A stretch of DNA of 36,882 nucleotides, from contig WFTO01000222.1 in the NCBI GenBank assembly GCA_015485435.1, positions 1-36,882 of the forward strand, read 5' to 3'. Shown here piece after piece: positions 1 to 8,857 of this stretch (the stretch's first letter is position 1; every line of letters starts with the position of its first letter). The translations under genes and the position numbers were made by a program. The notes beneath the pieces are model-generated. The model worked only from the letters and a program-made list of their open reading frames with translations, did no database searches and was not told the origin of the DNA. The stretch comes from Anaerolineae bacterium (GTDB lineage: Bacteria; Chloroflexota; Anaerolineae; J102).

Positions 1-1
1 C

Positions 2-1435
2 TCCGGCAGCCTCAGCAACCGGCCCGGCCTCTCCCGCCTGCTGCGGGATGCGGACGCGGGCCTGTTCGACGTGGTCATCGTGCACAAAGTGGATCGCTTC
101 TTCCGCGATCTGGCCGGTTTCCTCAACGCCCTGCGCCAGCTCAATGACGCGGGCGTGGCCTTCCTCTCGGTGCGGGAGAATATCGACTTCACCTCGGCCT
201 GGGGCAAGCTGGCCCTGGTCATCCTGGCCACCATCGCCGAGATCTTCTTGGACATCCTCAAGGAGGAGACCCAGAAGGGCAAGCGCCAGCGGGTGCGCAA
301 GGGCCTGTGGAACGGCTCCGTCCCCACCGGCTACTGCCAGGGTCTCTGCGCCAATTGCACCGATCCCAACGGCCCCGGCTACTGCCCCTATGTGGGCCGG
401 GAGAATGTGGGCGACGGTCAGAACCTGGTGCTGCATCCCATCGACAGCGTGGCCATCGCCAAGATGTTCGAGTGGTACGCCACGGGCGAGTATTCCGATG
501 CGGACATCGCGGACGCGTTTAATCACTACCAGTATGAGCTGCCCGACGGCGGCACGGTGACCTTCCGCACCCGCGGCCGCGGGCATGGCAGCAAGTATCC
601 GCCTGGCCCCTACGGCAAGGACACGGTGCGCAGCATTTTGCAGCGCAAGTTCTACACCGGCGTCGTCACCTACAAGGGCGAGGAGATGCCGGGCAATCAC
701 CCGGCCATCATCGACCTGGAACTCTTCGACAAGGTGCAGGCGATGCGCAAGCTGCGGGGGAACAATCCTCGCCGCCGCAAGAACGGCAGCAAGCCCACCC
801 GCGTCTTCCCCCTCACCGGCATCCTGCGCTGCGACGAATGCGGGGGGCGCATGCGGGGCCAGGCCGGCAGCAACGGCGCCCGCTACTACGCCTGCGTCAA
901 CCGCCTGCAGAAGAAGACCGCCTGCACCCAGCCTATGGTGCCTGCTGATGATATCGAGGCCCAGGTCGCGAATCTGATCCTCTCCATGCCCCAGGGCGAG
1001 GGCTGGCGGGAGGATGTGCTGGCCCACGCCTTCCCCGATGAGGACCTGCTGGCCACGGAAGAGCGGGCCGCAGCCCTCAAGGCCCGCTACGACCGCCTGG
1101 TGGAGCTGTATGTCTCCGGCAAGATCGACCGCGAGCAATTCGACCGCGAGGAAACCGACTATCGCCGGGAGATGGCGCTGTTGACAGCAGGCAAAAAGCG
1201 TGATATGTTGGAGATGGTTCAGCTTGTCCTGGACTTCCCCGACTTGTGGGACAACGCTGACGATTTACAAAAGAAAAAACTGTTGCAGCGTTTCTTTGCA
1301 ACAGTTCATGTCAAGGGCAAAAAAATCGAGGGCGTTCAGCCTGTGAAAAGCTTCTACGCCCTCTTTGAGTATTGCTGCTACGGGAGCGACGGGAATCGAA
1401 CCCGCGATCTCCGGCTTGACAGGCCGGCGTGTTAA
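2..1435 (+). CDS. Large serine recombinase/integrase (resolvase + recombinase + zinc-ribbon domains), 5' end outside the window
   Basis: Frame open from base 2 (SGSLSNRPGLSRLLRDADAGLFDVVIVHKVDRFFR), with the serine recombinase RPGL and DRxxR motifs, FYTG and HPAIID in the recombinase domain, zinc ribbon LTGILRCDECG...YYAC...C, then a coiled coil. Ends inside a tRNA gene. Confidence 0.95.
   Translation, partial: SGSLSNRPGLSRLLRDADAGLFDVVIVHKVDRFFRDLAGFLNALRQLNDAGVAFLSVRENIDFTSAWGKLALVILATIAEIFLDILKEETQKGKRQRVRKGLWNGSVPTGYCQGLCANCTDPNGPGYCPYVGRENVGDGQNLVLHPIDSVAIAKMFEWYATGEYSDADIADAFNHYQYELPDGGTVTFRTRGRGHGSKYPPGPYGKDTVRSILQRKFYTGVVTYKGEEMPGNHPAIIDLELFDKVQAMRKLRGNNPRRRKNGSKPTRVFPLTGILRCDECGGRMRGQAGSNGARYYACVNRLQKKTACTQPMVPADDIEAQVANLILSMPQGEGWREDVLAHAFPDEDLLATEERAAALKARYDRLVELYVSGKIDREQFDREETDYRREMALLTAGKKRDMLEMVQLVLDFPDLWDNADDLQKKKLLQRFFATVHVKGKKIEGVQPVKSFYALFEYCCYGSDGNRTRDLRLDRPAC
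1181..1209 (+). promoter_or_regulatory. Putative sigma70-type promoter inside the integrase CDS, pointing toward the att/tRNA
   Basis: TTGACA (1181-1186), 17-bp spacer, TG at 1201-1202, TATGTT (1204-1209); coincides with an abrupt shift to AT-richer sequence. Confidence 0.55.
1319..1363 (-). terminator. Putative intrinsic terminator for tRNA-Asp, embedded in the integrase CDS
   Basis: Stem GAGGGCGT (1328-1335)/ACGCCCTC (1356-1363), followed on the minus strand by GA and T7 (A-run 1319-1325); begins 17 nt after the tRNA 3' end. Confidence 0.65.
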
Positions 1436-1453
1436 CCGCTACACTACGCCCCC
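1381..1453 (-). tRNA. tRNA-Asp (GTC), CCA not encoded
   Basis: Reverse complement GGGGGCGTAGTGTAGCGGTTAACACGCCGGCCTGTCAAGCCGGAGATCGCGGGTTCGATTCCCGTCGCTCCCG folds into a cloverleaf with anticodon stem CCGGC/GCCGG around CT-GTC-AA, T-loop TTCGATT and discriminator G. Confidence 0.97.
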
Positions 1454-1476
1454 TTGCATCTTCAGTTGCAGAGGGC

Positions 1477-1505
1477 ATTCTAGCTGATTTACTCAAGTTT
1501 GTCAA
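1477..1505 (-). promoter_or_regulatory. sigma70 promoter of tRNA-Asp
   Basis: Minus strand TTGACA (1505-1500), 17 bp, TAGAAT (1482-1477), about 23 nt upstream of the tRNA. Confidence 0.8.
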
Positions 1506-2145
1506 GTCTGGAACGGGGTCTTTTTTGAATCATGAAGACAAAAAATGGAAGGGCATTGGGAGACTACAGTTGTCAAAAACCTAAAAAGAAAATGTTTACG
1601 AACTGATCATTCAAGGACTTTATGCAATGCAAAAACGCCCTCGGGACTTGACGAGCGATTGCCAAACGGGGGGTGATGCAAAGTCGCCTTGCGGTGTCTT
1701 GACGACAGCTAGGAAATGTTTGCCTAATTGAAGGCGTCAGTCTTGCAAGTAATGGATATCCACAATATGAAAATAGCATTGGGGTTGGACGAAAATCATG
1801 GTGCTTCATCAAAACTACAGAAAGGATCCTGCATCGAAAACCTTCCGGGGAGACTATCCGCCGGCCCGTTACCAATGAAAGATGCCACGGAAAAATGCTC
1901 TCATCCATTGGACCAGGAACCAGGTTCTTTTTCCCCCAAGCTACATCCTGATGGCAATGAAAGGCCTTTTTTCAGCCGTTATCCTCTCAAAAAGGAGCTT
2001 CTGTCATAGAACTCACATTCTTCATCATTTTGTCATCATTTTGACACAGTTCAGACATATTCGTGTGGTTAGTGTAGAGTAAAGGTTTCCTGATCGTAAC
2101 GGTTTTGGCAGAGTCCATCTATCTTGACCACTTAGGAGGTGTGTC

Positions 2146-2697
2146 ATGATCAACTATTTGACCCTTATCATGATTGATTTGATCGCAGGATATACGCTTC
2201 TAACCTATTTCTTGGCCATTGGTTTAGATGTTGAACGCGGGAAAGGATTGGCCGCAGCTTTCGGTGGCGTGGGTTTGCTGAATCTTGTGCTGGGCCTTGG
2301 CATCACTCTGACCTGGCCCCTGCCTGGAAGCTACAACATCTTGTTTGGCGAAGCCACAGCGATGTTTGGAATAGTCTTCCTGGCTGCAGGTATTGCCATC
2401 GCCCGAGAATGGGACCTTTATCCCATCACACTGATTGCCTCCATCTTTGGGATTTATGTACTCATCGCAGGATGGGGAATATTCAGTTTGAACATGACGC
2501 GTACACCTCTCATGACGACGGTGCTGTATCTTCTTGTTGGGATTACCGCACTGCTGGCTCCCCTGGGCTGGAAAAAACGTGAAAGTGGCGGGTTGCTCAA
2601 GGCGGGTATGGCACTGACCATTATCACGGCCTTGCTTTGGTTCGTAACCTTTGCTGGCAGTTTGCTCGGACATCTGCAGGCCAATCTCCCTTCTTGA
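2146..2697 (+). CDS. DUF981-family integral membrane protein
   Basis: MINYLTL... N-terminus and TWPLPGSYNILFGE motif typical of DUF981; multiple hydrophobic helices; AGGAGGT RBS at 2134-2140. Confidence 0.8.
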   Translation: MINYLTLIMIDLIAGYTLLTYFLAIGLDVERGKGLAAAFGGVGLLNLVLGLGITLTWPLPGSYNILFGEATAMFGIVFLAAGIAIAREWDLYPITLIASIFGIYVLIAGWGIFSLNMTRTPLMTTVLYLLVGITALLAPLGWKKRESGGLLKAGMALTIITALLWFVTFAGSLLGHLQANLPS

Positions 2698-2719
2698 TCA
2701 CATCTTTTCTTAACATCAA

Positions 2720-2748
2720 GAGAGCCTCCACAGTCGGGGCTCTCCTTT
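2720..2748 (+). terminator. Probable terminator after the DUF981 gene
   Basis: GAGAGCCTC/GGGGCTCTC stem followed by CTTT; the U-tract is short. Confidence 0.5.
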
Positions 2749-3642
2749 CATGTTTCTGTTCCGGTCTTGCATCATGCACTTCGTTGACACGCCGCGATCA
2801 AAAATGGCGCTTTCTCATGGTCTGGCAAAATCCTTTATCGCCGGCACCATCACGACGGCGATTTTTTAATCATCGCCGTTATCCCCGGGGTTGGATAAAT
2901 CATCACCGAGATTATTTTTCAGCAATTGCGCACATCTGCAATGCGTTTTTTCGAAGGAGCATCGAGAACGCACCGCGGGTTCTTGGATTCGCGACGGTAT
3001 TTGCGGTGCGGTCAGTAAAATCATTCAGTGGGCAATTTACAGCGGAACCGACATGGTGGTTATGAATCCGAAAGATTTCAATTGACTGCAATTCCACAAG
3101 CTAGAACACGCTGCAATACGCCTGACTTTATATCGATAGCCGCGCCAAAAGCACCATGTTTCAACATCGTTGGCAGACCAAAGAGGTCGATTTTCATGAT
3201 GAACTTTCTCGCGGCGCCATGTCGCGGAATGGTTGGACAGCGTCATTAGTGAACACACGTTCTGCGAGGATAGAACTTACAGTTGCAATGGCTTTCCTCT
3301 GCTACATGCAGGGATTAATGTCTCCGCGCCGGTGTATCTTTCCGAAGCCTACGCCATATCTGCCCAGAAGTGTTGGTCATGCCGAACCCTGGGGGATTGT
3401 CCCCGCGGGTTCCCAATTATTCCCTGGCCTCTGTCTCAATATCCGAGCCAATCGCGTCGCCAGCCACATGGACTTTAGCAAGAACATCAAGTTTGACATT
3501 TTCCCAAAAACGCTGGACAGCTTTTATGAGCTGACCGTCAAAGGAAGGGAATATGCATTGGCTTGGTGACAAGACGACGAAGGGACCATCCCGGTGTTGA
3601 TGGATGCGGATGGGAACGGTCCAAAAGGCCATGTAGAGAGAG

Positions 3643-4446
3643 CTAGGATGACGAGGCCGCTCGCGCCTGCATGGCCCAAAAGAGGCAAATTGAGCCCGCG
3701 ACAGCAGCGTTCAGGGAATTGATATGCCCGCGCATAGGAAGCTGCACCAGCCAATCGCACGATTCGGCCACGAGGCGAGAAAGACCAAAACCTTCGGATC
3801 CTACCACCACAGCCAGAGGACCACTTAGATCGACTTCTGTGAGCGCAACGGCATCCTCCCGCGCCTCAAGCCCCACCACCCATAATCCTGCCTCTTTTAA
3901 CCTTCGAATTCCCTGAACGAGATTGCCTACAATAGCCACTTCAAGGTGTTCAACCGCGCCAGCAGAGGCGTTGACCACCGCTGGTGTAATGTGAGCGGCG
4001 CGATGTTTGGGCAAAAGGACCCCGTGCACGCCAAATGCCTCCGCCGCTCGGAACAAGGATCCCAGATTTTGTGGGTCTTGGATGCGGTCTAACAGAAGGA
4101 GAAAGGGAGCTTCTTGCTTTGTGGCCGCTTGGGCTAGCATGACTGACGGGTCGCTATAAGGATAGGGCCCCGCACTTAACACAACTCCTTGATGATTGGC
4201 GCCGTGCAACCACCCGTCCAGCGCGCGTCGGTCAACCTGGCGGGTTGGAAGTCCGTGCCGTTGGCTCAGATGGCGGATGTCACGGATGATCTCATTTTCT
4301 TTGACGCCCTTGGCCAGATACAGCCCAAACAGCTTACGTCGCCCCGCGCGTAACGCCTCTCGTACGCTATTTCGACCATAGAGGAGTTCGCCGTGCGGAC
4401 GTGGGATGGAGGTAGAGGGAGATATCCGAGTTTTCTTCTTGGGCAT
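3643..4446 (-). CDS. rlmB: 23S rRNA (Gm2251) 2'-O-methyltransferase, SpoU/TrmH family
   Basis: LYGRNSVREAL, HQGVV, LDRIQDPQNLG, GSEGFGL and SLNAAVA SPOUT motifs; lies downstream of cysS. Start set at ATG 4446 (MPKKK) to avoid overlapping cysS. Confidence 0.92.
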   Translation of the reverse strand: MPKKKTRISPSTSIPRPHGELLYGRNSVREALRAGRRKLFGLYLAKGVKENEIIRDIRHLSQRHGLPTRQVDRRALDGWLHGANHQGVVLSAGPYPYSDPSVMLAQAATKQEAPFLLLLDRIQDPQNLGSLFRAAEAFGVHGVLLPKHRAAHITPAVVNASAGAVEHLEVAIVGNLVQGIRRLKEAGLWVVGLEAREDAVALTEVDLSGPLAVVVGSEGFGLSRLVAESCDWLVQLPMRGHINSLNAAVAGSICLFWAMQARAASSS

Positions 4447-4492
4447 ACGTTTTGCCAGGGGGCGGGGAGTCGGATTGAACCTCACCCAGGGG

Positions 4493-5896
4493 TCAGCGTT
4501 TCCATGACCAAGTGGTGCCATCACGAGTGTCTTCCAGGATGACGCCCAATTCGGCCAATCGATCCCGAATCATGTCTGCCAACTCCCACTGTCGGGCCTT
4601 ACGCAACGCGCTTCGCACCTCCACCAGCAGATCGATGAACGGCGCGGCGTCGGACTGTTGAGCTTCTTTTGGCTGTAGTCGCAGCCCCAACACCCCCGTA
4701 AGCTCTTTGAGGGTGGCTTGTGCTTGGGCGAAGGGTTCGCCGCCCACGCCTGCATCTCTGGCCGTGTTGATTGCTTTTACCAAATCGAAGATATGTCCGA
4801 GTGCAGCGGCTGTGTTGAAATCGTCGTCCATGGCCTCCTCAAAGCGCTTTTTGGCCAGTCGAGCCGCCTCAAGAAGCGCTTCTGCCTCTGGTCCTTCGGT
4901 CAATTGGCCATGGGATGGGCGTAATGCACTTAGCAGTCGCTGCAAGGCCTTCTCGGCTTGGGGGACAACCTGCTCATCATAGACGAGCGGCTTTCGGTAA
5001 TGGGAGCCCATCACCAAAAGGCGAAAGACGTCTGCATCATGTTGGGCCAGAAACTCGTCGATGGTGACCATGTTGCCCAAAGATTTGGACATCTTTTCAC
5101 CGCTGAGCTGAACCATGCCATTGTGCAGCCAATATTTGGCCAATGGTGCATCATTGCAGCTTTCACTTTGGGCGATCTCATTTTCATGATGGGGAAAGAT
5201 CAGATCATTGCCCCCTCCATGGATATCGATGGTAGGGCCCAGGTGTTTACGCACCATGGCCGAGCATTCGATATGCCAGCCTGGTCGCCCCAATCCCCAG
5301 GGGCTCTCCCAGGCAGGCTCATCAGGGGTTTTTTGTGCTTTCCACAGGGCAAAGTCCAAAGGATCCTCTTTTAATTCCTCGGCGAATTTTTCCCGTTCAC
5401 CGCGCAGACTTTCATCAAGTTTGCGACGACTGAGTTTGCCATAGTCCTTATCGCGTCGCACGCGGAAGAACACATTGCCGTTGACCTCATACGCATACCC
5501 TTTGGCGATGAGCTCTTGAATCATGGCAATGATTTCATCGATGGTGCCAGAGACGCGCGGCATGACGGTGGGGCGCTTGACGTTGAGCGCATCCATCTGT
5601 TGCAGGAATTTTTCAATATAACGGCCGGCAAGTTCAAAGGGGTCCTGGCCCGTCTCTCTGGCCTTGTTGATGATTTTATCATCCACATCGGTAAAGTTCA
5701 TGACGTGGATGACCTTATACCCTTTATATTCTAGATAGCGACGGATCACATCGAAGACGATGGCGGACATGGCATGACCGATGTGGGCGTCGGCGTATAC
5801 CGTGGGGCCGCACACGTACATGCGGACAACACCGGGTTCGATGGGTTCAAAAAGTTCTTTTTTTCTTGTGAGGGTATTGTAAACTTTGAGGGGCAT
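4493..5896 (-). CDS. cysS: Cysteine--tRNA ligase
   Basis: [50 protein letters not shown]. Confidence 0.98.
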   Translation of the reverse strand: MPLKVYNTLTRKKELFEPIEPGVVRMYVCGPTVYADAHIGHAMSAIVFDVIRRYLEYKGYKVIHVMNFTDVDDKIINKARETGQDPFELAGRYIEKFLQQMDALNVKRPTVMPRVSGTIDEIIAMIQELIAKGYAYEVNGNVFFRVRRDKDYGKLSRRKLDESLRGEREKFAEELKEDPLDFALWKAQKTPDEPAWESPWGLGRPGWHIECSAMVRKHLGPTIDIHGGGNDLIFPHHENEIAQSESCNDAPLAKYWLHNGMVQLSGEKMSKSLGNMVTIDEFLAQHDADVFRLLVMGSHYRKPLVYDEQVVPQAEKALQRLLSALRPSHGQLTEGPEAEALLEAARLAKKRFEEAMDDDFNTAAALGHIFDLVKAINTARDAGVGGEPFAQAQATLKELTGVLGLRLQPKEAQQSDAAPFIDLLVEVRSALRKARQWELADMIRDRLAELGVILEDTRDGTTWSWKR

Positions 5897-5969
5897 GGTT
5901 CAGTTTCTGTACCGGTTGAGTTTCAGCGGAGTTGCATCGTTTGGGGTCTCAAGCGCTGGATGGATGAGG

Positions 5970-7082
5970 TCACGTTGCGGAGGGATCGTGTTGGGCCGAA
6001 TGGTTAGCGGGCGTGGCGAAGATCATCCTGCCAGCACTGGTCTGAAGCGCCTTTGTCACTTCCAGGTCCACCTCTTGTCCGATGAGAGAACGGCCATGCT
6101 CCACCACGACCATGGTCCCATCTTCCAGATAACCCACACCCTGTTCGGGCTCCTTACCTTCCTGAATAATGCGCAGACGGAGTTGCTCACCAGGCAGGTA
6201 GATGGCTTTGACGGCGTTGGCCAGGTCATTGAGATTGAGTACATTGACGCCCTGCAATGCCGCCACCCGGTTGAGGTTGTAGTCATTGGTGACGATGCCG
6301 ATGTTATGTTTGCGCGCGAGCACCATTAATTTGTCATCCACTTCGCGCACATCCGGCACATCCATATCCACAATGACCAGCTTTGGATGCTCCAATTGTT
6401 GCAAATCGTCAAGCACCTGCAGGCCTCGCCGCCCTCGCGCCCGCCGAAGTGCGTCCGAGGAATCGGCAATGTATTGCAATTCCGAAAGCACAAATCGCGG
6501 GACCAACAACGGACCTGGTAGAAAGCCCGTGCGGGCGACGTCAAGGATGCGACCATCGATGATGACGCTGGTGTCGAGCAAAAGAGGGTAAGGGCCTTGC
6601 GCCAATGGTCCTGGTTTTTCTTGAACCACGGCGCGGAAGCGACCGATCTCCTCTCCACGAAAAGTTTTGAGGATGCGAACCAGATCATCCCGCCGCAAAA
6701 TCAAAATGATCGCGCCCAAATAACCAAAGATGATGCTTGCGATGAATGGTAGGATCGGCCCGAAGGGTGGAGGCAATTTCGCCAAAGGGATGGCCACCAA
6801 TGCGGCCACAATCAGCCCCAGAAGCAATCCGATGCTGCCAGCAATCACCTCTTCGATGGGAATTTGGCGAACCACCCGGATGGCGTATTTGGCTGGGCGA
6901 GTGGTAATCCAGGGGGCGATAATCCATCCAACAATAGCCCCAACCAGCGTCAATGGTATGACATATTTCAAAGATTCCAGATCCTGTAACGGATTGGGGG
7001 TGTCGGTCACAATGGCTCCGATTTCCCAACCGATGATAGCAAAAACAATGAGTCCTAAAATTCGAAAAATCCGATCAAACAC
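5970..7082 (-). CDS. Membrane-anchored PIN/TRAM domain protein (YacL-like)
   Basis: N-terminal TM helices, [15 protein letters not shown] motif, [16 protein letters not shown], and [14 protein letters not shown]...[15 protein letters not shown] domain; GTG start with AGGAGGA RBS. Confidence 0.93.
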   Translation of the reverse strand: MFDRIFRILGLIVFAIIGWEIGAIVTDTPNPLQDLESLKYVIPLTLVGAIVGWIIAPWITTRPAKYAIRVVRQIPIEEVIAGSIGLLLGLIVAALVAIPLAKLPPPFGPILPFIASIIFGYLGAIILILRRDDLVRILKTFRGEEIGRFRAVVQEKPGPLAQGPYPLLLDTSVIIDGRILDVARTGFLPGPLLVPRFVLSELQYIADSSDALRRARGRRGLQVLDDLQQLEHPKLVIVDMDVPDVREVDDKLMVLARKHNIGIVTNDYNLNRVAALQGVNVLNLNDLANAVKAIYLPGEQLRLRIIQEGKEPEQGVGYLEDGTMVVVEHGRSLIGQEVDLEVTKALQTSAGRMIFATPANHSAQHDPSAT

Positions 7083-7184
7083 AAGAATAAGTCCTCCTAT
7101 TTGATTGTCAATGAGCCTTTGCCAGTAGCCAGCTCAGAATAAATTGAAAGAATAAATCCAAAAATAAAGGAATCTGTCTTCTAA

Positions 7185-7214
7185 ATCATAGCACAGGGAG
7201 GAAGGATCTGACAA
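7185..7214 (-). promoter_or_regulatory. Putative extended -10 promoter for the PIN/TRAM-cysS-rlmB operon
   Basis: Minus strand TTGTCA, 18 bp, TATGAT preceded by TGC. Confidence 0.55.
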
Positions 7215-7469
7215 CGTGCGTAAGCCACTTTCCTATTTTTCATGGCGGGTTTCAATTGCTTGTGCGAAGCAGTGATTTTCCATATCTCGTCGAGGCCACG
7301 TCAGCCATAGCATTACGAGGCCTGTGAGAGCTCGAAAAGCTGAGAACGACGAACCGCTATCAATGAACTTGTCGCTTCGGTGAACGTGGGGGCATCATCG
7401 TCTTACGCGAATGCATCATGTGGCGCATGCGGTTAAAACGTTCAGATGGCGCATCCTGGGCGAGCGGTT

Positions 7470-7498
7470 TTGACAAGGGCCCCGTATAAGGGCACAAT
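7470..7498 (+). promoter_or_regulatory. Putative sigma70 promoter for the DUF3467 gene
   Basis: TTGACA, 17 bp, CACAAT. Confidence 0.5.
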
Positions 7499-7560
7499 CG
7501 TCTTATTGGTGTGATGGTTTCCCATGTCGTCGTATCATCCTATCTCAACGAGGAGCAATT

Positions 7561-7875
7561 ATGTCCGACGCGCCAAAATCAAAGCAATTAAAGATCGAAG
7601 CCCCCAAGGATCTCAAGCCAATCTACAGTAATTTTGCGATCATCCATCACAATTATAATGAGATCGTCATTGATTTCGCTCATGTGATGCCCAATATGCC
7701 GCACGCGCAGGTGCAAACGCGAATTGTGCTTACGCCTTATCATGCGAAATTGCTGTTACAAGCCTTGATGCACAATTTGCAAAATTACGAAAAACGCTTT
7801 GGCGAGGTAAAAATGCAAGGAGCAGGGCTGCCGAAACGTCCACCGACGGGATTTGATCCCAATCAGGTGCATTGA
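7561..7875 (+). CDS. DUF3467 domain protein
   Basis: YSNFAII...EIVIDF...RIVLTPYHAKLL..AL..N...YE..FG pattern; GAGGAG RBS. Confidence 0.85.
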   Translation: MSDAPKSKQLKIEAPKDLKPIYSNFAIIHHNYNEIVIDFAHVMPNMPHAQVQTRIVLTPYHAKLLLQALMHNLQNYEKRFGEVKMQGAGLPKRPPTGFDPNQVH

Positions 7876-7902
7876 AACGACAAACCTCGTCGACTCGGGC
7901 GC

Positions 7903-8724
7903 TTACATGCCCAGCTCTTGCGCCTCCCAATCCCGATAAGCTTTCATGAGTTGCCGGGTAATGGGGCCAGGTGGACCGATCTCGATCGCATCCACTTGAC
8001 GGATGGGAAGCACCCCACGTCGGGTGGACGTGAGAAAGGCTTCTTCCCACTGGGGGATGTCCGATTCGGGCAATGGGCGACGCTCAATAGGAAGATTGGC
8101 CTCTTTCGCCAGCGCCATGACTCGCCTCATGACGGTACCCTCGAGGACAGCACCCAAGGGCGGAGCCGCCAAAACACCATTTTGCACAATAAACACATTG
8201 CAATTGGAACCCTCAGTCACATAACCAAAACGGTCCACCAGCAGGGCGTCGTGCACCCCTGCAGCGCGGGCGGCTTTGCGAGCCAGGCCAGGCACCAATG
8301 TATTGAAGGATTTGATCATCGGCATGGCGCGTTCGCCATGATAGATGATAACCGGAACGCCTCGGACATAGTCCTCTGGTGAGGGGGCCACGTAGGACAT
8401 TTCGTAAAAGTACACATCCGCATACGCATTTCCCAAGTCCAGTGCTAGCGCCCGCACAAGTCCGTCAGGACGATTCGCCTCAACAATTCGATACGCCCAG
8501 GCTGTGAGTTCCTCTAAATCAGGCGCAAGACGCAGTTGGGCGCCTTCAGCTGATTGCAGCAACCGTTCCAGATGATCGCGCAGCGCCACGTATCGCCCGT
8601 TCTTGACGAGAATGGTTTCGTAGACGCCCAAAGCCCCAACAAGCGAAGGTGTGAACACAGGAAAACAGGCTTGCTCTTTGGGAATGAATTGACCATTATG
8701 CAGGATGTGCTCGTAAATGTTCAT
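7903..8724 (-). CDS. Class IV PLP aminotransferase (IlvE/PabC/Dat family)
   Basis: GVYET, HLERL, KSFN (PLP lysine region), EGSNCNVF, LEGT, EAFLTST, GPITRQL. Start at ATG 8724 is likely. Confidence 0.85.
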   Translation of the reverse strand: MNIYEHILHNGQFIPKEQACFPVFTPSLVGALGVYETILVKNGRYVALRDHLERLLQSAEGAQLRLAPDLEELTAWAYRIVEANRPDGLVRALALDLGNAYADVYFYEMSYVAPSPEDYVRGVPVIIYHGERAMPMIKSFNTLVPGLARKAARAAGVHDALLVDRFGYVTEGSNCNVFIVQNGVLAAPPLGAVLEGTVMRRVMALAKEANLPIERRPLPESDIPQWEEAFLTSTRRGVLPIRQVDAIEIGPPGPITRQLMKAYRDWEAQELGM

Positions 8725-8857
8725 AAAAACCTCAAATGGAATGAATGACATCTTTGTTGCCGTGCATGTCGTGCATGGTGCCAAAATTGCCAACCAGCTT
8801 CGCCATTATTATACTGCTACCCAATCCAAAACCCTTAATTCACAATAAAAAGAGATT

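Larger units (their letters stand above)
1..1400. mobile_element. End of an integrated element (genomic island, prophage or ICE) inserted at the 3' end of tRNA-Asp; exact att crossover not determinable
   Basis: Integrase abuts and overlaps the tRNA 3' half; its codons are visibly more GC-rich than the flanking host DNA. The other att site is outside the window. Confidence 0.75.

Noticed and set aside
48-977. Alternative-frame ORFs inside the integrase (48-560, 585-977) as possible directionality factors
   Set aside because: Ala/Arg/Pro/Ser-rich composition typical of off-frame GC-rich sequence, with no RBS or motif.
3156-3569. 137-aa ORF in the long intergenic region (also 2637-3065)
   Set aside because: No recognisable domain or clear RBS; it cannot be supported without homology data.
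5897-5969. T-box riboswitch ahead of cysS
   Set aside because: The gap is only 73 bp and has no T-box consensus or terminator.
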